The notes under the pieces are model-generated. The model did no database searches. It was not told the origin of the DNA and worked only from the letters and a program-made list of their open reading frames with translations. From the human T2T-CHM13v2.0 reference genome, Homo sapiens: a stretch of 64,000 nucleotides of DNA. Both the position numbers and the translations under genes were made by a program. The first letter of the stretch is position 1; the number at the start of each line of letters is the position of its first letter. The stretch is from NCBI RefSeq assembly GCF_009914755.1, contig NC_060925.1. The stretch is one strand, 5' to 3'. Shown here in pieces: positions 55,366-64,000 of the stretch.

Positions 55366-56376
55366 TGAGTTACCCTCCCCTCCAGCAAAGGAGAAATAGG
55401 AGGTACGTTCTGTTCAGTTCAAAACAGTGCAAGCAGAAGCTGGAGGATGTGGCTTTGTACGGGTGCACAGGAAGCAAGATGAGTCCTCTTGGACTCAATT
55501 TACAGATGGGGAAATTGAGGCTGGCATAATGACTTGCCCAATGGCACAGGGGCAGGGACACAGGGCAGGATGAGAGTCTAGACCTCCTGACCTCCCGTCC
55601 AGGCTCATCCACTCTTCAGAGGCAGGAAAGGCAGAGGGAGAAAAACAAACTATTGTGTGGCCTGGGGTTTCCCTTGCCCTTTCTGGGCCTCCCCTTGCCC
55701 TTTCTGGGCCTCAATTTCCTTACAGGTACCATGGTGGGCACACAAGGGTTTCCCAAAGGCCTGGCTGGCCTGGACAGTCTGGAAGTCTGAAGAGGGTGAT
55801 GTGCTCAGTGCCCCTGGCCCACTCTCATGCCCAGACCAGTGCCAGGTGAGGGAGATGTCAGGAAGGGGAGGAGGTTGGGAGAAGGCTAGAGCCTGAGTCT
55901 CCTGTGCAGGTTGACGGCAGCCCTTCACCCCATATCCTGGCACAGGGCGGGTTGAAGACCCAGCAGGGGAGCAGAATGTTTCCTGCGGGCTAACGCGGCC
56001 CCATCCGTGACCTGGCCTGGCTCCAGGCCCTGCTCTTCAGCCTCTTTCTTACTCTGGGCATTACTTAGACTTAGTACCTCCCTGAACCCCCCAGCTCCAT
56101 CAGCTATGCAGCTGTTCTCAGCTTGGCCACACACTCCCCTTCCTCTCCCTTGGGTGCATTCCTTTGACACTCATTCTCCTCCACCCAATTGTGTCCCTGG
56201 TCCTAAAACCGCCTACTTGGCTGTCCCCTCCCACCTGGAGCTGCAAACACCTTCTACCACTGACCCCCAGTGGCAATGAGGAAGGTGACATCCACTCCCT
56301 GAGCTCCAGCACGGGTCCGAAGAGGACCTCACATTTCTGGTGGGTGATGATGATGATAGTGACCACCAGCCAATGG

Positions 56377-56650
56377 TCATTCATTCAATAAATATTTATT
56401 GAGCACCTACTATGTGCAGGCACCATTTTAGGTGCTAGGGATGCACCAGAGGACAAATAATCACAACAATGTCTTCACTGACCTGGAGTTTACATTCCTC
56501 TGTCTTGTGTTTATTATGTACACACAATACACAAGTAAATTGTATTGCATGTTTGAAGGGGATAAGAGCAAGATAAGGGGGATTGGAGGAGCTGGGGGAG
56601 CCACTGCAGCTTTAAGAGGGGTGGCCAGGAGGGGCCGTACCTAGGGGGGC
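56377..56650 (-). mobile_element. L2 3' end
   Basis: TCATTCATTCAATAAATATTTATTGAGCACCTACTATGTGC. Confidence 0.85.
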
Positions 56651-56779
56651 TTTTGAGGGAAGACAGGAAGGGACAGAGGGAGTGCTTTTCACATGCAGTG
56701 GCTGTTCACTGCCCTGTGCTGATCGCCTCTGGGTGGTGCGTGCATCTTTGTGCTGGGAATTTTACATACTTGAATTCAG

Positions 56780-57315
56780 GCTGCCATCACCTCTCACCTG
56801 AAGGATGCAGATGCTCCAGTCTGTCCTCTCCATGTCCTGTGCTGCTCTCCACCAAACCATTCTCCCCACAGCAGCTACAGTGAAGATTTGACACAAATCT
56901 AATCATGTCACTCTACCAACTAAAGCCATCCAGTGATTCTCCATTGCCCTCAGAACAAAGTCCAAAATCCTGACAACTTGCTCCTCGAGGCCTCCATTAG
57001 CTGGCCCAGACTTGGCCAGGCTCACTGGTCTTCAAAGTGCTGAGCTCAGCCTCCTCCAGGAAGTCCTCCTGTCTTCTCCCGTCCTTTTGGACTATTCCTC
57101 CAGGGCCCTGTGCTTCCCCCAGCACAGCACTTTATCCTGAGTGGTAACTGCTCATTCCTGCCAGTTGGTGGATCCCAGAGGAAGGGCTGGCGTTTGTTCT
57201 GTTCATTCTTAGATTCTTAGCACCAAGCGCAGAGCTGGACACACAGTAGGACCACAGTGAATCTCTGCTGACTGCAGAGATGCACGGATGATCAGAGTGA
57301 CCAGTGAGTGAACAA
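56780..57315 (+). mobile_element. L2 remnant
   Basis: CAAATCTAATCATGTCACTC...CCATTGCCCTCAGAACAAAGTCCAAAATCC...CTGGACACACAGTAGG. Confidence 0.7.
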
Positions 57316-58394
57316 ACACACAGTAAGCTCGTTCATCGTCCCTTCCCTAGGGACAGGCGGAAGGCATCCATGGAGGGGGGAGAAACTACTCAGCATCCAG
57401 AAACTCATTTGATTTAATTTCACGATTGTTTAGGTCTTTTTTCTTCCTTGACAGCTATGGATTGGGACATAATCTGAAAATCAATCTTTCTCTCTCTCTC
57501 CAAGTTCACCCAGGCCCCCTGCTTGGCTCCAGTGACAGTCTATGGGAGCTAGCGGACTGTTCACACCATCCTGTTGGTGGTGACAGACAGATGTTTTTCT
57601 GGATAGTGAAGCAGGGGCTCCTTTTCCTCCCCTGGCCTGGAGCTCCTGGTGAGATCTCAGAGGCGGCCTGGACACAACACAGGGGGAGCAGCAGGGAGCT
57701 TCGAGATGCCCTGGGTGCCAGGAGGTAGGAGATGTCATGCCTGTCCTTATGGTCATGGTGATATCACCCCAGGATATAGGTGGGTACTCCCAGGGCCTCT
57801 GCTCCTTTGAGACCCTTCGGAGAAGGGCCACCTGTGAACAGGCACGTATGGGTTGGTGAGAACACCCCAGATGCAGGCGGGCAGTCTCTGACACACAGAC
57901 TGAAGGCAGAATCTAGGTTGGAACTCATGTTGGGAACATTCTGGCCTGGATACTTCTGACTCATAGATGTGTCTTGCCAAAATCTTTCTCCTGTTGGGCT
58001 GGGAAGTAGCCCTGGAAGTGCAGGGGTCACAAACTAGTGGCTGGCGGGTGGGGGTGGGCAGGTCATCTAAATGAGTGAGGGGTGAAGGCAGTGCGGATAA
58101 CACGCAGAGGAGGGGACTGCGGCCAGTGGGAGAGGGCAGGTCCCATCGGAGGAGGACAGGAGGGAGTCCAGGGACGCTCTTGCTGTGAGCTGCCTCACTC
58201 TAAGGACTTCCCCTGTGTTAAACCCATTTATTGCTCAGGACACCCCTGTGTGGTAGGAGCTGGTGATATACCCATCATACAGATGACGCCACTGGGGCCC
58301 AGGGGTTGTCACTTGCCCAAGGTCACCCAGGCGTTTGGCTCCGAAGCCTGAGATGCTCTTGAAGATGAGCTTGGCTCTTGGTAATTGTTGCCAT

Positions 58395-58555
58395 GTGGGA
58401 CTGTTAGAATGCAGGGCCCCAATTTCCTGATTTTCAAGAGAGAAATTGGAGATCTTGATTTTTTGAAATTTCTAGGTGTTTATTACATGGTGGGCGTCAA
58501 ACGAGTTTCATCTTGGGAGCAGCATTCTGCTCAAGGCTGCCAATTGACAATTTCT
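58395..58555. mobile_element. MER103-like hAT-Charlie remnant
   Basis: GATTTTCAAGAGAGAAATTGGAGATCTTGATTTT...GGCTGCCAATTG. Confidence 0.45.
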
Positions 58556-59674
58556 GTAAGAATGGAAAGATCCTTAGACTTCTTATCAAAGGGCTGTGAC
58601 TTAGAGACAATCAGACCTGAGTTCAGATTTCAAACCTGGACTTCCTTTATCTGAGCCTCAGTTTCCCCACGTGTGACCCTTGCTTCATGGGGCTGCTGTG
58701 AGCAGCGGATGAGGTCACGGTCTACACATGACAAGTGCTGGACCCACACTGGGCCATGTTGATATCTTCATTGATTCCTTGGCTGCTCCTAGCCCCTCCC
58801 TGCCGAGCTCAAGAGAAATGCTTTTCCTGCCTGCTGGGCCCCTCTGCCCATAGTACCAAGAAGTTTTTATTCCCTGCCCAGTGTGCTTCGGGGCCTGGCT
58901 CAGATTCAGCTTCCTCCATGAAGCTTTCCTGAACCCCAGCCAGAGGAGCCCTCACACCCACCTGCCTCATCTCACTCTGTTCTCACCATACACAATTGTC
59001 CCAGTTTCAGAGCTGGTGAGACCGAGGCTCAGAGAGGTTGATAGAGACCTATTCAAGGTCACACAGCAAAAAGATGGCCAAGGAAGGGCCTGAGGAGCCA
59101 GCCTTTCTCCCCTCCCCTACCTCCCAGTTCTGATCCCTGAATTCCTGGAGAATAGAGCCCCTAACTGCCCACCTTTGGTCAGCATCACCAAGGACACCAA
59201 GGCCCAGGACTTGGCCTGGGAGTTGAGGGAAGCAGCCAGCCTCCATGCACTGGGCTCATGGAGAAAAGATTCCTGGACTGCACACAAGGAGAACCGATTC
59301 TGGCCTGGAGTCAGCTACCACTTCTCTGGGAGAATAAGCTGCCCAGAACAGCAGGTTCCAAGGAATGCTGCATTCTGAGAGATGCTAACAGGTGTTTTCC
59401 AGAAGATGATTCTATGGTCAAGTCAGTTTGCATAACTTTATTAGTTTTTTCCTCCATAATTAGCCTTCTCAAAATCCAATGGATTCAATAGCCAACGTGT
59501 ATTTTTCTTGCTCATGGTTGGTTCCCCAGGGCGGGTGAAGCAGCTTTGCTCCAGGGTACAGGAGGTTCTAGGTCTGTCCTCAGTTCTCTCCTTGAATCAG
59601 CAGCTCTTCATACACAACGAATGACAGGAGCACCAGAGGGGTGAAGAGGAACATTCAATGACTCCTTTTCAAAC

Positions 59675-60180
59675 ATTATTTTGTCTTTAAAAACATTTTA
59701 AATTTACATACAAAATCCACCTTTTTCGGCGTGCATGTCTATGAGGTTTTTTTTTTTTTTTTTTTTAATTTTACTTTAAGTTCCAGGATACAAGTGCAGA
59801 ATGTGTAGGTTTTTTACATAGGTATACATGTGCCATGGTGGTTTGCTACACCTATCAACCCGTAATCTAGGTTTTAAGCCCTGCATGCATTAACTGTTTG
59901 TCCTAATGCTCCTCCTCCCCTAGCTCCCTACCTGCTGGTCTATGAGTTTTAACACATGCATGCATTCCTGTAACTGCCACTAGAATCAGGACACAGAACG
60001 GTGCTATCACCCCCCAGGTTTCCCATGCTGCCCCTTTCTGGTTACACTGTTTCCCTGCCGCTAAGCCTTGTCAATCACTGATCTGTTCTCTATGCCTATA
60101 GTTTTGCCTTTTCCGGAATGTCATAAAAGTGGAATCATATAGTATGGGGTGTTATGAGTCTAGCTTCTTTCACTCAGCAC
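59675..60180 (-). mobile_element. Old L1M (L1MC/MD-like) 3' end hosting younger L1 insertions
   Basis: CACTGATCTGTTCTCTAT...TAGTTTTGCCTTTTCC.GAATGTCATA..GGAATCATATAGTATG. Confidence 0.75.
59746..59937 (-). mobile_element. Short L1PA (about PA8-PA11) 3' end
   Basis: Poly(T), TTTTACTTTAAGTTCCAGGATACA...CTAGGTTTTAAGCCC; TSD GTCTATGAG(G)TTTT at 59737 and 59938. Confidence 0.85.
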
Positions 60181-63100
60181 ATTTATTTATTTATTTATAT
60201 TGATTGATACAAAATATTTTACATTTTTATAGTATACCTGTGAGTATTTGTTACATGCATAGAATGTGTAATGATCAAGTCAGGGTATTTGCTGTATCCA
60301 TTATCTTGAGTATTTATCATTTCTATTTGTTGGTAACATTTCAAATCCTTTCTTCCAGCTCCTTTGAAATATACAATACATTGTTGGTAACTGTAGCCAC
60401 CCTATTCTGCTTTTGAATGTTGGGGATTATTTCTTCTATAATTATATGTTTGTACTCACCAATCAACCTCTCGTTATCGCCCCCTCCCACCCACACACAC
60501 CTTCCGTTCTCGTATCTATCATTCTACTCTCTATATCCATGAGAACAACTTTTTTTAGCTCCCACATATGAGTGAGAACATGTGGTATCTGCCTTTCTGT
60601 GCCTGGCTTATTTCACTTAACATAATGACCTCCAGTTCCATCCATGTTGCTGCAAATGATAGGATTTCATTCTTTTTTATGGTTGACTAGTATTCCATTC
60701 TGTTATCTATACCACATTTTCTTTATTCAACTGTCTGTCAATGGACACTTAGGTTGAGTCCATATCTTTGCTACTGTGAATAATGCTGCCATAAACATGC
60801 AAGTGTAGGTATCCCTTTGACATACAGATTTCTTTCCCTTTGGATAAATATCCAGTAGTGGCATTGCTGGATTATGTAGTAGTTCTATTTTTAGCTTTTT
60901 GAGAAATATCCATGTTGTTTTCCATAGTGGTTGTACTAATTAACACTTCCACCAATGCTGTACAAGAGTTCCCTTTTCTCCACATCCTCATCAACATCTG
61001 TTATTTTTTGTCTTTTGGTAGTTGCCATTCTAACTGGGATAAGATGATATCTCATTGTGGTTTTGATTTGCATTTCCCTGATGACTAGTGCTGTTGAGCA
61101 TTTTTAAATATTCACGTTGGCCATTTGTATGTCTTATTTTGAGAAATATCTGCTCATGTCCTTCACCCACTTTTTAATGGAATTATTTGCTTTTTTTTAT
61201 TGTTGAGTTGTTCGAGTTCTTTGTAAATTCTAGATATTAGTCTTTTGTTGGGTGAATAATTTGCAAATATTTTCTTCAACGGGTTATCTCTTCAGTCTGT
61301 CAATTGTTTCCTTTGCTGTGAAGAAGCTTTTTAGTTTAATATAGTCTCATTTGTTTATTTTTGTTATAGTTGTCTGTGCTTTTGAGGTCTTAATAAGAAA
61401 TCTTTGACTAAAACAATGTCTTGAAGTGTTTTCCACATGTTTTCTTTTCTAGCAGTTGAATAGCTTCGGGTCTTGCATTTAAGTCTTTAATCTATCTTAA
61501 GTTGACTTTTGTATATGGGGAGAGATAGGGAATCTAGTCTCATTCTTTTGCATATGGATATCCAATTTCCCTGTAACATTTATTAAAGAGGGCGTCCTTT
61601 CCCCAGTGTATGTTCTTGGCACCTTTATTAAAAATCAGTTGCCTGCAAATATGTGGATTTATTTCTGAACTATTTTGTTCCATTGGTCTGTGTGTCTCTT
61701 TTCATACCAATACCATGCTGTTTTGGTTACTATAGCCTTGTAATGTGTTTTGAAGTCAGGTAGTGTGGTAGCTCCAGATTTTTCCCCTTTTGCTCAGGAT
61801 TGCTTTGGCTAGTGGGCTCTTTTTTTGGTTCCATTTGAATTTCAAGATTATTTCTTCTAATTCTGTGAAAAATGACCTTGATATTTTGATAGGGATTGCA
61901 TTGAATCTGTAGATTGCTTTGAACAGTATGGCTTTTTTTTTTTTTTTTTAGGTGGAGTCTCGCTCTGTTGCCAGGCTGGAGTGCAGTGGCATGATCTTGG
62001 CTCACTGCAACCTCTGACTCCCTGGTTCAAGTGATTCTCCTGCCTCAGCCTCCCGAGTAGCTGGGATTACAGGCATGCGCCACCACACCTGGCTAATTTT
62101 TGTATTTTTAGTAGAGATGGGGTTTCACCATGTTGGCCAGGATGGCCTCAATCTCCTGACATCATGATCTGCCCGCCACAGCCTCCCAAAGTGCTGGGAT
62201 TATAGGCATGAGCCACCACACCTGGCCTGTGTGGCCTTTTTAATGATATTAATTCTTCTGATTCCTAAGCGTGAGATATCTTTCCGTTTGTTTGTGTCTT
62301 CTTTAATTTCTTGCATCAGTGTTTTGTAGTTTTCCTTGTAGAAATCTTTTACCTCTTTGGTAAAGTTTATTTCTAGGTATTTTATTTTTTTGGTAGCTAT
62401 TGTAAATGGGATTGCATTCTAGATTTCTCTCCTATCTAGTTCATCATTGGTATATAGAAACACTACTGATTTTTGTATGTTGATTTTGTATCCTACAGCT
62501 TTACTGAATTTATTGATCAAATGTAGGATGTCTTTTAGTGGAGTTTAGGTTTTTCTCAACATAAGATCATATTATCAGCAAAAGGGAACAATTTGACTTC
62601 TTCTTTTCCAACTTGGATGCCTTTTATTTCTTTCTCTTGCCTGATTGCTCTGGCTAGGACTTCCAGTATTATGTTGAATAGGAATGGCGAAAGCAGGCAT
62701 CCTTTTCTTGTTCCAGATCCCAGAGGAAAGGCTTTCAGCTTTTCCCCTTTCAATATCATACTCTGTTCATAGTTCATTGAGAGTTTTTATATGAAGAGAT
62801 GTTAAATTTCATCAAATGCTTTTTCTGCATCTATTGAGATGATCATATGATTTTTGTCCTTCGTTCTGTTGATGTGATATATTATGTTTATTGATTTGTG
62901 TATGTTGAATAATCCTTGCATTCCTGGGATAAATCCCACTTGATCATGTTCTATTATCTTTTTGATGTGCTGTTGGATTTGACTTGCTGGTATTTTATTG
63001 AGGAGTTTGTTTCTATGTTCATCAAAGATATTGGCCTGTCATTTTCTTTTGTTGTGTTCTTGTCTGGTTTTGGTATCAGGGTAATGCTGGCCTTGTAGAA

Positions 63101-64000
63101 TGAGTTAGGAAGAGTTATCTCCAATTCAACTTTTTTGTAATAGTTTCCAGAGGATTGGTATTTGTTCTGCTTTATATGTTTGGTACAATTTGACTTTAAA
63201 TTAGTCTAATCATGGGCATTTCTTTGTTGAGAGGCTTTTATTACTGATTCAACCTCACTACTCATAATTGGTCTCTTTAGGTTTTCTATTTCTTCTGGGT
63301 TTAATCCTGGTAGGTTGTATATTCCATGAATTTATTTATTTCCTCTAGGTTCCAGTTTGCCAATGTATAGTTTTTTGTAATACTCTCTGGTGGTCTTTTG
63401 AATTTCATGGTATCAGTTGCAATGTCTCCTTTTTCATTCTTGATTTTGTTTATTTGGTTCTTTTCTTGATTAGTCTAGCTAGCGGTTTATCAATTTTGTT
63501 TATCTTTTTGAATAACCAGTTTTTTGTTTTGCTGATCCTTTGTATTGTTTCTTAGTCTCTATTTTATTTAGCTCTACTCTGATCTTTATTATTCATTTCC
63601 TTCTGCTAATTTTGGGTTTGATTTGTTCTTGCTTTTCTAGTTCCTTGAGGAGCATTGTTAGGTTGTTTATTTGAAATATTTCTACTTTTTTGATGTTGGT
63701 GTTGCCTGCTATGAACAGGCAGCAGTCTCTCTTAGTACTGCTTTTGCTGAATCCCACAGGTTTTGGCATGTTGTGTTCCCATTTCCATTTGTTTCAAGAA
63801 TTTTTTTGATTTCCATCTTAATTTCTTCATTGACCCAATGGAGCATGTTGTTTAATTTCCATGTATTTGTATAGTTTCCAAAGTTCCTATTTACATTGAT
63901 TTCGATATTCTGTAGTTGGATCAAATGTTCTGTAAATATCTGTTAGGTCTATTTGGTCTGAATTCCAGTATAAATCCAGTGATTCTCTGTTGATTTTTTT
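60181..64000 (-). mobile_element. L1MA-type LINE-1 running off the window end
   Basis: (TTTA)n tail and L1MA 3'UTR; ORF2 fragments [24 protein letters not shown] and TWKLNNML. Confidence 0.92.
61933..62227 (-). mobile_element. AluSc
   Basis: TGTTGCCAGG and GGCCAGGATGG diagnostics; flanks GT(A/G)TGGC(T/C)TTTT. Confidence 0.9.

Overview
This is primate genomic DNA, most likely human or great ape, judged by a HERV-K(HML-2) LTR5_Hs-type LTR, AluY copies and an L1PA element. I see no convincing cellular protein-coding gene, tRNA or rRNA, and I cannot identify the locus. The only real coding signals are retroelement remnants: L1PA ORF2 fragments, an L1 ORF0 homologue, a MaLR internal ORF and a decayed ERVL protease/RT. 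The window is a MIR/L2-rich, fairly GC-rich intergenic or intronic stretch with several nested TE stacks: (1) a MIR split by LTR5_Hs and an L1MA 3' end; (2) a near full-length L1MA at 13.3-21.0 kb carrying four Alus and an MLT2A LTR; (3) L2 > MLT1H > MER4D > AluY/AluJ at 25.5-27.8 kb; (4) an LTR41/ERVL provirus > MST MaLR > L1PA at 39.1-47.6 kb; (5) an L1 stack at 59.7-64 kb. The most notable observations are an open frame running from the L1 antisense 5'UTR into the MaLR internal ORF, a fold-back hairpin scar in the MST LTR, a microhomology deletion of L1 ORF1, a possible mammalian Helitron fossil, two diverged local duplications, unusual Alu structures, and several homeobox-rich unique segments that look like enhancers. 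Subfamily names come from recalled consensus features. Boundaries of old elements are approximate, and identity figures are by-eye estimates.
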